From: an uncultured cyanobacterium
GTDB taxonomy: Bacteria > Cyanobacteriota > Cyanobacteriia > Cyanobacteriales > CAWCAG01
NCBI GenBank assembly: GCA_963803805.1
Contig: CAWDOD010000008.1
Location: forward strand, 1-64,000
Direction: 5' to 3'
DNA length: 64,000 bases
Shown piece by piece: positions 44,001 through 53,981 of the stretch; the first letter of the stretch is position 1, and each line of letters starts with the position of its first letter. Both the position numbers and the translations under genes were made by a program. The notes under the pieces are model-generated. The model had not been told where the DNA came from and searched no databases. It saw nothing but the letters and a program-made list of their open reading frames with translations.

Positions 44001-45756
44001 AGGAAGTATAATCGGCGGAGAAATCGACATCACCACACAGCAGTTTTTCCGTGCTATAGGAAACTTTAGCGATCGCAATAACATCAATGCTAGTCTTTCC
44101 AGTGCAGGGGGGCAAGGTGGCAAAATTGTTATTCGCCACGGTGGAGGAGTTTTGAATACTCCTTTTATTGTAGGTGATGGTTCTGTTAATGGTACACAAG
44201 CAGCTATTACTAGTGGTACTTCTACCGTTGCACCGGTGCAATCCTTCACTACTGATTATATTCAAGGGAATGTGGAAATACTCAATGGTATTGCTCCAAC
44301 TCCTGCTCCTGCTCCAACTCCTGCTCCTGCTCCAACTCCTGTCCCAACTCCAACTCCAACTCCAACTCCAACTCCAACTCCTGCTGTTGATCCGATCATA
44401 AATGGCATTAATACTATTGATCCCCCTGTTGAAACAACTGAAATTCAACCTCCCGAATCCACACAACCTCTAACTGTAGAAACTCAAATGCCACAGTTAG
44501 AAATTGACTTGGCTGTGTCACAACTAGAACAAAGCTTAACTAGTAGCTACGAAAAGTATTTTGACATCAAAAGTAGCAAAAGCTTTAGCTTAGCCCAAGC
44601 TCAATTAACCCTTAGAAGTATTGAAAAGGCAACAGGGAAAAAACCCGCCTTAATCTATGTTGTTTTCTCATCTACCGCAGAAAGTTTAGCTACTAAAGCC
44701 CAGTCAAAATCCTTAGCTAAACAGCAAGAACAACTGGAATTAATATTAATAACCTCTTCGGGAACAACCATTCGTAAAACAATACCAGGGGCAGTACGTT
44801 CTTTTGTTCTACGCAGAGTAAATCAGTTACAGCGTGAAGTAACCACTCCCAGCCGTAGTGAAGCTTATAAAGGCTCTGGAAAGCTATTTTATGAATGGTT
44901 CATTACTCCTTTAGAAGCAGAGTTACAAAGTAAAGGAATTGATAACTTAGTATTCATTTTAGATGAAGGATTGCGCTCTATTCCTTTAGCTACTCTCAAT
45001 GATGGTAAAAAGTTCCTCATTGAAGAATATAGCGTTGGTTTGATGCCTAGCTTAAGCCTTACTGATACTAGCCACGTTGATATCAGAAATATGGAAGTAG
45101 TGGCTATGGGGGCAGGAGCTTTTGACAAACGCCAATCCTTACCTGCTGTCCCCTTAGAATTATCCTTAATAACTCAACAAATTTGGCCAGGGAATTACTA
45201 TCTTAATGAAGAATTTACTCTGAAAAAACTCAAATCAGCTCGTTCTACTAAACCTTTTGGCATTGTTCACCTCGCTACCCACGGAGAGTTTCGCGCTGGC
45301 AAACCCCAAAACTCTTACCTTCAACTTTGGGATTATAAGCTGCCTTTGAATGCGATCAGTAAGTTAGGGTGGAACAGTCCCCCGGTGGAATTGTTGGTAC
45401 TTTCTGCTTGTCGTACAGCCTTGGGAGATAGTGAAGCAGAGTTAGGTTTTACCGGCTTAGCTGTCCAAGCTGGAGTTAAATCTGCTGTAGGTAGTCTTTG
45501 GGCAGTTAGTGATGAAGGGGCATTAGCTTTTATGACTCGCTTCTACGAACACTTAAGAAAAGTACCAATTAAATCTGAAGCGATACAAAAAGCCCAACTA
45601 GATATGATGCAAGGTAATGTATATATCAAAGATGGTAAACTCATTACTCCAGAAAGGGAAATACCTTTACCAGAAGAGTTAGCTAGGTTAGGAGATCAGG
45701 ATTTGACCCATCCCTATTATTGGAGTGCTTTTACTATGGTGGGGAATCCTTGGTGA
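41020..45756 (+). CDS. Filamentous-haemagglutinin (TPS) N-terminal domain + beta-helical repeats + CHAT caspase-like domain protein
   Basis: Signal peptide, NLFHSFQEF and NLYLMNPAGI TPS motifs, G/N-rich repeats, PT linker, CHAT dyad HLATHG and LSACRTA, HPYYWSAF end. Confidence 0.9.
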   Translation: MNVGELHMTPGKVWLRYLSRLVFSAGGISISLVTLGLVSPGLAQPIAPAVDGTGTVVNINGNQFDIQGGFLSGDGNNLFHSFQEFGLDTNQIANFLNSPNAVNILGRIIGGNPSVINGLIQVTGGSANLYLMNPAGIVFGTGSQLNINGDFFATTATGIGFGSDSWFEAFGSNDYTNLVGNPTQFAFDFAQPGVIINAGDLAVESGQSVTFLGGNVINTGSITAPEGTINITAIPGSSKVRISQPGQLLAIEVEPPRDIQGKVLPIKVLDLPTLLTGVGVETGLTINSDGKVKLKNTDTNLPNDTGTSIVSGLLNTASDNSGGQILVFGDRVGIIQGNLDASGANGGGNVLIGGDYKGEGQVPNADVTYISSDSTIKADATATGEGGRVIAWSDQTSRIYGAISARGGVNSGDGGFVETSSRNFLDVKGSPDVSAVAGEGGTWLIDPYDIEIVADTKGPTMGFASPFEASSVDSKLTVGDLYRALEGGNSVVVSTGTGGTQEGNITLNTDFDFNGIGNGTLSLEAAGNILISSSRRIFDSDATSNDSLNLFLTANLGNNRRDNITIQGSVATGGGNIDLRANNTNGTAVLIRPSGSINSGGGSINFNGNSINGQGIAIQGTVASGGGNITFEGSSSNNDAVLLGNQITSAGGDITVTGNGGNNNGIQVDGSLDAGSGSISLTGDSNGSQGILVRDSVVLSGQNISLTGTSNAAPGISLGDAFTPTDIININSSGGQISFNGTSNAKAGILVTQQQVNINPGGGQVNFNGTGNPSQGGVLIESVLNFANGKANLTGSTPGMGSEVVLSGTINTGNAEVALTGNNINLDPGAGTPAITGNGTLILQPIDATLNLGLGGTGAANATFLNSSELSKIGSSLADIFIGRVDSSGTISLLSDVDFNSPVTLRSTSGTGSIDATGGILRSNGNSITLDAAQTITTGDLITSIAGRDGGEVTLKAGDAITTGNIDTSSDIGRGGKVGINSPNAITVGSINTQGSIIGGEIDITTQQFFRAIGNFSDRNNINASLSSAGGQGGKIVIRHGGGVLNTPFIVGDGSVNGTQAAITSGTSTVAPVQSFTTDYIQGNVEILNGIAPTPAPAPTPAPAPTPVPTPTPTPTPTPTPAVDPIINGINTIDPPVETTEIQPPESTQPLTVETQMPQLEIDLAVSQLEQSLTSSYEKYFDIKSSKSFSLAQAQLTLRSIEKATGKKPALIYVVFSSTAESLATKAQSKSLAKQQEQLELILITSSGTTIRKTIPGAVRSFVLRRVNQLQREVTTPSRSEAYKGSGKLFYEWFITPLEAELQSKGIDNLVFILDEGLRSIPLATLNDGKKFLIEEYSVGLMPSLSLTDTSHVDIRNMEVVAMGAGAFDKRQSLPAVPLELSLITQQIWPGNYYLNEEFTLKKLKSARSTKPFGIVHLATHGEFRAGKPQNSYLQLWDYKLPLNAISKLGWNSPPVELLVLSACRTALGDSEAELGFTGLAVQAGVKSAVGSLWAVSDEGALAFMTRFYEHLRKVPIKSEAIQKAQLDMMQGNVYIKDGKLITPEREIPLPEELARLGDQDLTHPYYWSAFTMVGNPW
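44293..44385 (+). repeat. Pro-Thr/Pro-Ala linker microsatellite
   Basis: Imperfect 18-bp gctccaactcctgctcct units then (ccaact)n, encoding APTPAPAPTP...PTPTPTP. Confidence 0.85.
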
Positions 45757-45884
45757 TGTCATTTACTAGAGAGAACCAAGAAAAGACTTACCCAAAAGCG
45801 ATAAGCTAGTTGCTAGTTGCTAGTTGCTAGTTGCTAAAAGCTTATAGCAAATAATCAAGGTTTGATGTTTAATACTCAATAGTA

Positions 45885-46760
45885 TTAGGTACTTCGAGGA
45901 TTAATAAACTCGCTTAACCCTTCCCCTAATAAAGATAGCCCCGTCACCATTGAACTTAAAGCTAAACCAGGAAATAAAGCAGTCCACCAAATACCTGTAG
46001 GTAAGGCATCCAAAGCAACTCGCAAATCATGACCCCATTCTGGTGTTTCTTCCGGCAAGCCTAAACCTAAAAATCCTAACCCTCCCAAAATCAAAATGGC
46101 ATCGGCAGCATTAAGGGTAAAAAGAACTGGTACGCTTTGAATTACATTAAAGAATAAATAGCGTGAAAGAACACGGCTTGGAGTTGCCCCCATTGCCCTG
46201 GCTGCTTCAATAAATAACTCTGTTTTTACACTGGTGGTATGGTTGCGAACTACACGAAAATATTGGGGAACATAGGAAATACTCAAGGCGATCGCCGCAT
46301 TAAAAACTCCCCGCCCCACCACAAAAGCTAAGGTAACAGAAAGTAGCAATCCCGGTAAGGTGTAGATAGTATCCATAAAAAATACTAAAATCCGGTCAAC
46401 CTTACCCCCCAAATAGCCGCTAATTAACCCCAAAGGTACGCCAATAACTAAACTTAAACTAGTAGCCAGAATTACCACTTTCAAGGCGGCTTGAGTCCCA
46501 AATAAGGTGCGGGAAAGGACATCATAACCTTGGCGACTTGTACCAAACCAATACTCAATTCCTGGAGGTTCGTGAATCGGGTTACTCAATGACTCCAAAG
46601 GATCTTGCAACCATCCCCAAGCCTGGAATGCAGGGGCGAACAAAGCCACAAAAATAAAGAAGGTAGTAATAATCAAACCCGCCAACATTAACTGTGTAGA
46701 TAAGCTAGGGCGAGAAAAAGCAGCAATGAAGCGAGGGAGACGGAATTTAGTTGAGGTCAC
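45885..46760 (-). CDS. Peptide/nickel ABC transporter permease (DppC/OppC-like)
   Basis: WFGTSRQGYDVLSR, EAA motif FIEAARAMGA, LGFLGLG, PEWG; GTG start inferred (ORF extends to 46823). Confidence 0.88.
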   Translation of the reverse strand: MTSTKFRLPRFIAAFSRPSLSTQLMLAGLIITTFFIFVALFAPAFQAWGWLQDPLESLSNPIHEPPGIEYWFGTSRQGYDVLSRTLFGTQAALKVVILATSLSLVIGVPLGLISGYLGGKVDRILVFFMDTIYTLPGLLLSVTLAFVVGRGVFNAAIALSISYVPQYFRVVRNHTTSVKTELFIEAARAMGATPSRVLSRYLFFNVIQSVPVLFTLNAADAILILGGLGFLGLGLPEETPEWGHDLRVALDALPTGIWWTALFPGLALSSMVTGLSLLGEGLSEFINPRST

Positions 46761-46938
46761 TTTTGTCAGTGGATAAATGTTTAATGATAAATGATAAATG
46801 GTATTCCCTGTTCCCTGACCCAAAGCGATATACTAAATACCGAGAAGAGTTAAAAATCTTCATACTTAAAAGTAAAAAAGTCTTGAGTAAGGTGGTGTTA
46901 ATCAAGCACCCCTACTTGTTTCCTACTATCTGAACATA

Positions 46939-48057
46939 ATGAACCCAGGAATTGACCTACAAGGAAGTTTTATCGAATCTGTCAAAGAATTAGGTATACC
47001 TGCTGATGCCGCCAAAGCTTTGTGGATGCCCTTACCAATGGTTTTGATGATCGTTGGGGCTACCGTAGGAGTTTTGGTAGTAGTTTGGTTAGAAAGAAAA
47101 ATTTCAGCAGCAGCACAACAGCGTATTGGTCCGGAATATGCTGGACCTTTGGGGGTACTTCAACCTGTAGCAGACGGTTTGAAACTGGTATTTAAAGAAG
47201 ATATTGTTCCTAACAAATCTGACCCTTGGCTATTTACCCTTGGTCCTATCTTGGTAGTGATTCCGGTATTTTTAGCCTACTTGATTGTGCCTTTTGGCCA
47301 AAATCTGGTGATCACCGACTTAAATATAGGTATTTTCCTTTGGATTGCCCTTTCTAGCATTGCACCGATTGGTTTACTGATGTCGGGCTATGCTTCCAAT
47401 AACAAATATTCCCTACTAGGGGGTTTGAGGGCAGCAGCACAATCAATTAGTTATGAAATTCCTCTAGCTTTATCTGTGCTGGCTGTCGTCATGATGTCCA
47501 ATAGCCTCAGTACCATCGATATTGTAGAACAGCAAGCAGGTTATGGCATCTTGGGGTGGAATATTTGGCGACAACCTGTAGGATTTTTGGTTTTTTGGAT
47601 TGCTGCTTTAGCAGAATGCGAACGCCTACCTTTTGATCTTCCTGAAGCAGAAGAAGAATTGGTGGCAGGTTATCAAACCGAATATGCAGGAATGAAATTC
47701 GGCCTATTTTACCTGGGTTCCTACGTTAACTTAGTTCTCTCTGCTTTGATCTTCGCTATTTTATATTTAGGTGGTTGGGAATTTCCTCTTCCCCTAGATC
47801 GCTTAGCTGGTTGGATAGGAGTAAGCGACACCAATCCCATTTTGCAATTAACCACTGCTTCACTGGGCATTACCATGACTGTTCTAAAAGCTTATATTCT
47901 TGTCTTCATCGCAGTTTTGTTACGTTGGACAGTTCCCAGAGTACGCATCGATCAACTCCTCAATTTAGGTTGGAAATTCCTTTTACCCGTTTCCTTGGTT
48001 AACCTCTTGCTTACTGCTGCTTTGAAGTTAGCTTTCCCCTTTGCCTTTGGTGGCTAA
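46939..48057 (+). CDS. ndhA: NDH-1 subunit 1
   Basis: [40 protein letters not shown]. Confidence 0.98.
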   Translation: MNPGIDLQGSFIESVKELGIPADAAKALWMPLPMVLMIVGATVGVLVVVWLERKISAAAQQRIGPEYAGPLGVLQPVADGLKLVFKEDIVPNKSDPWLFTLGPILVVIPVFLAYLIVPFGQNLVITDLNIGIFLWIALSSIAPIGLLMSGYASNNKYSLLGGLRAAAQSISYEIPLALSVLAVVMMSNSLSTIDIVEQQAGYGILGWNIWRQPVGFLVFWIAALAECERLPFDLPEAEEELVAGYQTEYAGMKFGLFYLGSYVNLVLSALIFAILYLGGWEFPLPLDRLAGWIGVSDTNPILQLTTASLGITMTVLKAYILVFIAVLLRWTVPRVRIDQLLNLGWKFLLPVSLVNLLLTAALKLAFPFAFGG

Positions 48058-48118
48058 TTTCTACAGGTTGCAGATCAAAAGTTCGTATCTAAAAGCAACA
48101 AACAACAACTAACAAACT

Positions 48119-48724
48119 ATGTTCAAATTCCTCCAACAAGTCGGCGACTATGCTAAAGAAACTGTTCAAGCAGCTAAGTATATTGGTCAAGGACTCTCCG
48201 TTACCTTTGATCATATGCAACGCCGCCCGGTAACTGTTCAGTACCCCTATGAAAAGTTAATTCCCTCAGAACGCTATCGGGGCAGAATTCATTTTGAATT
48301 TGATAAGTGCATTGCCTGCGAAGTCTGCGTTAGGGTTTGCCCCATCAACCTACCAGTGGTGGATTGGGAATTTAATAAAGAAGCGAAAAAGAAAAAGCTT
48401 AACCACTATAGCATCGACTTCGGGGTCTGTATCTTTTGTGGCAACTGTGTTGAATATTGTCCTACCAACTGTCTTTCTATGACAGAAGAGTATGAATTAG
48501 CTGCCTATGATCGCCATGAACTTAACTACGATAACGTTGCTTTAGGGCGCTTACCAGATAAAGTAGGTCAAGATCCGATGGTGACACCTTTGAGGGAGTT
48601 TGCTTACTTACCCAAAGGAGTTATAGATCCCCATGACTTGCCTGCTGGTTCCCAACGAACAGGTAAACGTCCTGAAGAAATTATTACCGAAACCGAACCT
48701 CAACAAGAGGCAAAGAAAAAGTAA
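48119..48724 (+). CDS. ndhI: NDH-1 subunit I
   Basis: Two 4Fe-4S motifs, [12 protein letters not shown] and [12 protein letters not shown]. Confidence 0.98.
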   Translation: MFKFLQQVGDYAKETVQAAKYIGQGLSVTFDHMQRRPVTVQYPYEKLIPSERYRGRIHFEFDKCIACEVCVRVCPINLPVVDWEFNKEAKKKKLNHYSIDFGVCIFCGNCVEYCPTNCLSMTEEYELAAYDRHELNYDNVALGRLPDKVGQDPMVTPLREFAYLPKGVIDPHDLPAGSQRTGKRPEEIITETEPQQEAKKK

Positions 48725-48800
48725 TTTAAAACTGGTCGTTGGTTTTTAAAAATAGGACTAACGACCAATGAGTCATGACTAATAATAAAGGACAAAAAAA

Positions 48801-49421
48801 GTGAATCTAGCCCAAGGAGTTCAATTTGTTTCATTCGGCATCCTCGCTGCCATGACGATAGCAGCAGCTTTGGGGGTAGTGCTGTTTTCTAACATCGTTT
48901 ACTCAGCCTTTTTATTAGGAGGAGTATTTATTAGTATCGCGGGTCTTTACCTGCTACTCAACGCTGATTTCGTAGCTGCGGCGCAGGTTTTAGTGTATGT
49001 TGGTGCGATTAACGTACTAATTTTATTCGCCATTATGTTAGTTAATAAACGCGAAGACTTCGCTGTCATTCCTGGACGTTGGATTCGCAAAGCAGCAACA
49101 GCTTTAGTTTGTGCTGGTTTATTTACTTTACTTGGCACTATGGTTGTAGCAACTCCTTGGTCAATTTCTACTGCTACTTCTTTAACAGGTGAAAGCACTG
49201 TTGTTACTATTGGCAAACATTTCTTTAGTGACTTTTTACTACCTTTTGAACTTGCTTCTGTACTACTTTTAATAGCTATGGTAGGAGCAATTATTATTGC
49301 CCGCCGCGACTTTATTCCTGAAGAATTATCTGCTTCAGATAGTCAAGCTCCTGCTTTAACTTTAGCAGAAAGACCTAGAGAAGTAGCTACTTTAAGTGGT
49401 GGTTCTCCAAAATCAAATTAA
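48801..49421 (+). CDS. ndhG: NDH-1 subunit 6
   Basis: NIVYSAFLLG, QVLVYVGAINVL, FLLPFELAS. Confidence 0.97.
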   Translation: MNLAQGVQFVSFGILAAMTIAAALGVVLFSNIVYSAFLLGGVFISIAGLYLLLNADFVAAAQVLVYVGAINVLILFAIMLVNKREDFAVIPGRWIRKAATALVCAGLFTLLGTMVVATPWSISTATSLTGESTVVTIGKHFFSDFLLPFELASVLLLIAMVGAIIIARRDFIPEELSASDSQAPALTLAERPREVATLSGGSPKSN

Positions 49422-49524
49422 CAAGTAATTGTATTTAGGGGCTAATTTTGTGCGTCTAAGATCATCTTTTCCCCTTGCCCCTTTTTACCCCTGACTCAGC
49501 AATTGAAAATCAACAAAAACAATT

Positions 49525-49836
49525 ATGGCACTACAACTAGAATATTTCTTAGTCTTAGCAGCAGCCCTATTTTGTATTGGTATTTATGGTTTAATTACCA
49601 GCCGCAATGCAGTAAGAGTTTTAATGTCTATTGAACTAATGCTTAATGCTGTGAACTTAAACTTGATGGGATTTTCCAACTATTTAGATCCTCAAGCAAT
49701 TAAAGGTCAAATTTTTACTGTTTTTGTTATTACCATTGCTGCGGCTGAAGCTGCGGTTGGTTTAGCAATTGTCCTGGCAATTTATCGCAACCGAGATACA
49801 GTAGATATGGAGCAGTTTAACTTGCTTAAGTGGTAA
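49525..49836 (+). CDS. ndhE: NDH-1 subunit 4L
   Basis: [35 protein letters not shown]. Confidence 0.98.
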   Translation: MALQLEYFLVLAAALFCIGIYGLITSRNAVRVLMSIELMLNAVNLNLMGFSNYLDPQAIKGQIFTVFVITIAAAEAAVGLAIVLAIYRNRDTVDMEQFNLLKW

Positions 49837-49863
49837 TAAAGAATTATTATTTCTCAACTTGCT

Positions 49864-49907
49864 GCAAGAGCAAAAGGTGAAATTACTATTGCTGGTTTTG
49901 CTCTTGC
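49864..49907. terminator. Inverted repeat downstream of ndhE
   Basis: Perfect 12-bp IR gcaagagcaaaa / ttttgctcttgc between convergent genes. Confidence 0.5.
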
Positions 49908-49992
49908 TTCTAAGTTTTTCCTCAAATTTGAAGTGAGTGATAAAGGAGTAATTGTTGACAAATTTTCGAGATAGGTAAGTTGAGAGGAGTAT

Positions 49993-50466
49993 TTAATTGT
50001 TAAGACTAGTCGTATTATCAATTTGCCAGTTATTTTTTTGAGAGTTCCATTGTAAATAAACTCGCACCAAAGAAGGAACTTCTCTACCACTTTTCATTAC
50101 ATATCTTATCTTGGCATCAACCACTGCTGTATCAGTATTTGTTTCTTTCAGGGTGACATCCCCTTCTACTAACTTAACGGTTTGCCACCAATTGAGATAG
50201 GAAGTATAGCCTTGGGGATGGCGGGAAACATCCCTTTGTAAATTTGGCGATAACATTTCCCAAGCAGTTTCATACTCGCTGTAATTAATTTTGCCGTAGT
50301 AAGTACCAACAAAATTAGCTGGTGATTCTCGCTCCCTAACCGCTACATTATTGAGGGAATCGCTATTTGATTGAGCAAATATTGTTTCTTGCCCATAAAC
50401 TGGTTGATAAAAGAAACTAGTGAGAGCAAGAATTGCTAGGGCAGTATTTGTGAATTTCAAACTCAT
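49993..50466 (-). CDS. Exported hypothetical protein (NTF2-like domain suspected)
   Basis: Signal peptide; SPANFVGTYYGKIN..YETAWEMLS...YLNWW...WQID pattern. Confidence 0.75.
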   Translation of the reverse strand: MSLKFTNTALAILALTSFFYQPVYGQETIFAQSNSDSLNNVAVRERESPANFVGTYYGKINYSEYETAWEMLSPNLQRDVSRHPQGYTSYLNWWQTVKLVEGDVTLKETNTDTAVVDAKIRYVMKSGREVPSLVRVYLQWNSQKNNWQIDNTTSLNN

Positions 50467-50560
50467 GCTTTCGATTTTTATAGGGAATAATTAAAGAATA
50501 AATAACGAACCAGCAATGTTAACCTGAATCTAATAGGGTAAAGGAAAAACACTAGCAAGT

Positions 50561-51622
50561 ATGATTATTCCTCCTGGAACTTTATTGCGAGGACGCTATC
50601 GGGTTATTGCTTCTCTGAGTAAAGGAGGCTTTGCGAAAACCTATGAGGTGGTAGATGAAAAGGATAATAACATCTCTAAGGTGGTTAAGGTTCTTGAATT
50701 AGATCGCACTATTGGTTCCAAAAATAAGGATAAAATCATCTGTTTGTTTAAAAAAGAAGCAGCCATTTTAAGCGAATTAGATGATTGTGGCATTCCCAAA
50801 GGGGAAGCAAACAGCTACTTTACCTATCACCCAGAAGGGGAGAAACGCCCTTGTCACTGTTTAGTGATGGAGAAAATTAATGGCCCTAATTTAGAGGAGT
50901 GGTTAAAACAGCGGGGAAATCAGCCTATTTCTGAGAAACAAGCGATCGCTTGGTTAACCCAACTAGTAGAAATATTAGCCAAACTCCACCAGCAAAACTA
51001 TGTGCATCGCGATATTAAGCCAGCTAATGTCATGTTACGCTTAAGCACTGAAACAGCTATAACAGACGATGAATGTCATCATCAATTAGTCCTAATTGAT
51101 TTTGGGGCAGTTAAGCAAGTTACAGCTAGTTATATCGCTGGGAGCGATCGCAGTACACGTTTAGGTTCACCAGGTTATATTGCTCCTGAACAGGATGTGG
51201 GTAAAGTTGTTCCCCAATCAGACTTTTTTGCTTTAGGACGTACTTTAGTTCATTTGCTGACTGGTAAACATCCCATGGACATAGGGCAAGATTATGAAAC
51301 CAGTAAGTTGACTTGGCGCAACCTTGCCCCACAAGTTTCCTCACCTTTGGCAGATTTACTCGATGATTTGATGTCTCCTTCCCCCAAAACTCGTCCCCAA
51401 ACTGCCCAAGAAATCAAGCAAAGTTTGCAAAAAATTATTAATCCTCCTGCAATCTCCCAAGGTTTACTGAATATATCGGGTATTCATTTGTTGATATTAG
51501 TTAATCTGGTTATTTTAGTCATTTTGCTAATTGTAGGTAGCTTATTCTGGCAAGAAAAGCAAAAACATCGCGATTTTGAAGAATCAATTCTCCCCACTTT
51601 TAGGGTATTCAGACTCAGTTGA
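50561..51622 (+). CDS. Hanks-type Ser/Thr protein kinase with C-terminal TM
   Basis: SKGGFAKTY, VVK, HRDIKPAN, DFG, GYIAPEQ, DFFALG; hydrophobic segment near the C-terminus. Confidence 0.93.
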   Translation: MIIPPGTLLRGRYRVIASLSKGGFAKTYEVVDEKDNNISKVVKVLELDRTIGSKNKDKIICLFKKEAAILSELDDCGIPKGEANSYFTYHPEGEKRPCHCLVMEKINGPNLEEWLKQRGNQPISEKQAIAWLTQLVEILAKLHQQNYVHRDIKPANVMLRLSTETAITDDECHHQLVLIDFGAVKQVTASYIAGSDRSTRLGSPGYIAPEQDVGKVVPQSDFFALGRTLVHLLTGKHPMDIGQDYETSKLTWRNLAPQVSSPLADLLDDLMSPSPKTRPQTAQEIKQSLQKIINPPAISQGLLNISGIHLLILVNLVILVILLIVGSLFWQEKQKHRDFEESILPTFRVFRLS

Positions 51623-51737
51623 TGGATAGTTTGTACCTCAAGAATTCTTCTTTACCCCTTACCCCAATTTTTAATGAATAATCATTTCAGATTTGCTATC
51701 TTAAGTTCATTAAGAGAAGTTAAGAATTGTTACTACT

Positions 51738-52001
51738 GTGAGTTCTCATCATCTGCCACAAACTACCGCTTACGTGCGGATTACTAAGCAGTCTTGGCAA
51801 CAAGGGAAAATTGAAGGGGAGATTAGGGCTGGCTACTATGAATGGCAGTTCAATTGGCATTTTCGCTGCGGTCGGCTATCGGTTCACCCTTCTTTAGGTA
51901 GGGCATTAATTATAGAACCTTTAGGGCGCTTTTTAGAACAAAGCGATTATTTACTCGAACCGGGGGGAGATTATGAGTTTACTGTTCGTGCGGAGTTGTA
52001 G
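51738..52001 (+). CDS. DUF3146 family protein
   Basis: LPQTTAYVRITKQSW, PSLGRALI.EPLGRFLE..DY.LEPGGDY.F. Confidence 0.8.
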   Translation: MSSHHLPQTTAYVRITKQSWQQGKIEGEIRAGYYEWQFNWHFRCGRLSVHPSLGRALIIEPLGRFLEQSDYLLEPGGDYEFTVRAEL

Positions 52002-52050
52002 GCAATTTAAGAACAAATTCTCAGGATGTGCATAAAAAGCCACAGATTAT

Positions 52051-52773
52051 TTATTTAATTGATGCAGTAGTACCAATTCCTAATGACTCTGGTTGCTTAG
52101 ATAAGCGACCATCTTCCATATAAACAAGACGATCAGCAAGGTCTAAAATTCGATTATCGTGGGTTACTAGTAAGATTGTACAGCCTTGTTCTTTGGCTAA
52201 GTTGTGCATAATATCAACTACATCTCGCCCGGACTTTTTATCTAAGGCGGCGGTAGGTTCATCGGCAAGGACAATTTTAGGACGACTAACCAGGGCGCGG
52301 GCGATCGCAACCCTTTGTTTCTGTCCCCCTGATAAATCTGCTGGATAATAATTGAGCCTTTCTCCTAAACCAACCTCCGTTAACATTTGTGCTGCCCGGT
52401 GGTGACGTTCCTGCTTTGAGAAGATGCCGTGAACTTCTAATCCCATTTGCACATTTTCGAGGGCAGTTAAGCTACCGTGTAAATTATGGGCTTGGAAAAT
52501 GTAACCATTGTTTCGTCTGGCTTTTACCAAGTCATTCTCACTAGCCCCACAAATCTCATGGCCAACTACTTTTAGGCTACCAGATTGAGCGGAACGTAAG
52601 CCACCGATTAGGGTTAGTAGAGTTGTTTTACCAGATCCAGAAGGCCCCGTCATGATGACAATTTCCCCCACAGAAATCTTTAAATTAATATCAAATAACG
52701 CCTGTTTCCGGAGTTTGCCTGCTCCAAAGTAATGGTCAAGTTGATGGACGATAATTGAATATTCTTTTACCAT
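52051..52773 (-). CDS. devA: DevA-family ABC ATPase
   Basis: GPSGSGKTT, GYIFQAHNL, LSGGQKQR, LADEPTAALDKKSGRDVV. Confidence 0.9.
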   Translation of the reverse strand: MVKEYSIIVHQLDHYFGAGKLRKQALFDINLKISVGEIVIMTGPSGSGKTTLLTLIGGLRSAQSGSLKVVGHEICGASENDLVKARRNNGYIFQAHNLHGSLTALENVQMGLEVHGIFSKQERHHRAAQMLTEVGLGERLNYYPADLSGGQKQRVAIARALVSRPKIVLADEPTAALDKKSGRDVVDIMHNLAKEQGCTILLVTHDNRILDLADRLVYMEDGRLSKQPESLGIGTTASIK

Positions 52774-52791
52774 GATTTGTTAATAAATTAG

Positions 52792-53967
52792 TTAAAAAAT
52801 ATCCGCCGGATCAGCAGATTGGAGTCGGCGAGTAGCGATTGCTCCTGATACGCCACACATTACAAAAGTAAGCAAGAGAACAATAATTGCTCGATTAATA
52901 GACATAGCTATAGGTAGTGCTGTTGCTACTGCGGTGAGTTGATAAGCACCTAGTGCAACCCCCAAACCGGGCAAAAACCCCAGCACCGATAAAATAACGG
53001 CTTCTTCAAAAACGATACCCAGTAAATAACTATTGCGATAGCCCATTGCTCTAAAGGTGGCATACTCAGCCAGATGGCTATTTACATCAGTAGAAAGTAC
53101 TTGATAGACAATCACTAAGCCGACAATAAACCCCATTGCTGAGCCTAAATTAAAGACAAAGCTAATGGGTGAGTCAGACTTGATCGAGGCAAGTTCAAAG
53201 TCAACATACCCCTCATTGGTTAACACCTGCACATCTTCGGGCAAATGCGCTGCTAAGGCTTCTCTCACTTGCTCTAGGTCATACCCTGCTTCTAAGCGAA
53301 TTAGCCCCAGGCTAATGCTTCCCGCTTCTTGCTTGGGAAACAGCCGTAAAAAGTTTTGATCGCTGGTAATTAGTGCGCCATCATCAGCAAAGGATGCACC
53401 AACTTTAAACAGCCCAACTATGTCAACGGTTCGTAGTCCAATTTCTGTGGTTGCTATCTCACCCTGTTTAATCTTCTCAATCATTTCCTGGTAGTTTCCC
53501 CGTGATGCCTGATCAAATAAAACGGTATCTGGCATTTTGATGATCTCTAGTTGCTGATTGATCTCCGGTAGTTTGAAGGCTGGCTGATTGGGGTTTTGCC
53601 CCACCAGCAGCATGGAAGTTTTTTTGCGAGTTTGAGGATTTCGCCATTGCACTGAGCCAATGTATAAAGCATCAACAGAAGCGACACCTGGCACGTCTTG
53701 AGCCTGATAAAGTCGCCGCCTGGTGAAGGTGCGTAGTTGCCCAAAGTTCTTTGCTTGGGTACTAATCAAAACCAAGTCTGTTTGGAGAATACGGGGATAT
53801 TGGGTGTTACTTTTGAAAAGGGCATCGGCAAACCCAAGCTGCATAAAAATTAGTATGTCGGCAAAGGTAATCCCGGCGATCGCAGTTAATAATCTAATAG
53901 GGTCATGTTTAAGCTGAAGCAGCCCCAAGGGAGTACGCTGTTGTAGGGTTTTAATAAAATTAAGCAT
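52792..53967 (-). CDS. devC: DevC-family ABC permease
   Basis: RTPLGLLQL, GITFADILIFMQLGF, HLAEYAT, ADPADIF. Confidence 0.9.
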   Translation of the reverse strand: MLNFIKTLQQRTPLGLLQLKHDPIRLLTAIAGITFADILIFMQLGFADALFKSNTQYPRILQTDLVLISTQAKNFGQLRTFTRRRLYQAQDVPGVASVDALYIGSVQWRNPQTRKKTSMLLVGQNPNQPAFKLPEINQQLEIIKMPDTVLFDQASRGNYQEMIEKIKQGEIATTEIGLRTVDIVGLFKVGASFADDGALITSDQNFLRLFPKQEAGSISLGLIRLEAGYDLEQVREALAAHLPEDVQVLTNEGYVDFELASIKSDSPISFVFNLGSAMGFIVGLVIVYQVLSTDVNSHLAEYATFRAMGYRNSYLLGIVFEEAVILSVLGFLPGLGVALGAYQLTAVATALPIAMSINRAIIVLLLTFVMCGVSGAIATRRLQSADPADIF

Positions 53968-53981
53968 ATAGCAACTCCTGA

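Noticed and set aside
41796..45128. Antisense and alternative-frame ORFs inside the TPS-CHAT gene (including the SWSWSW and LQLQLQ ORFs)
   Set aside because: By-products of codon bias and the PT microsatellite.
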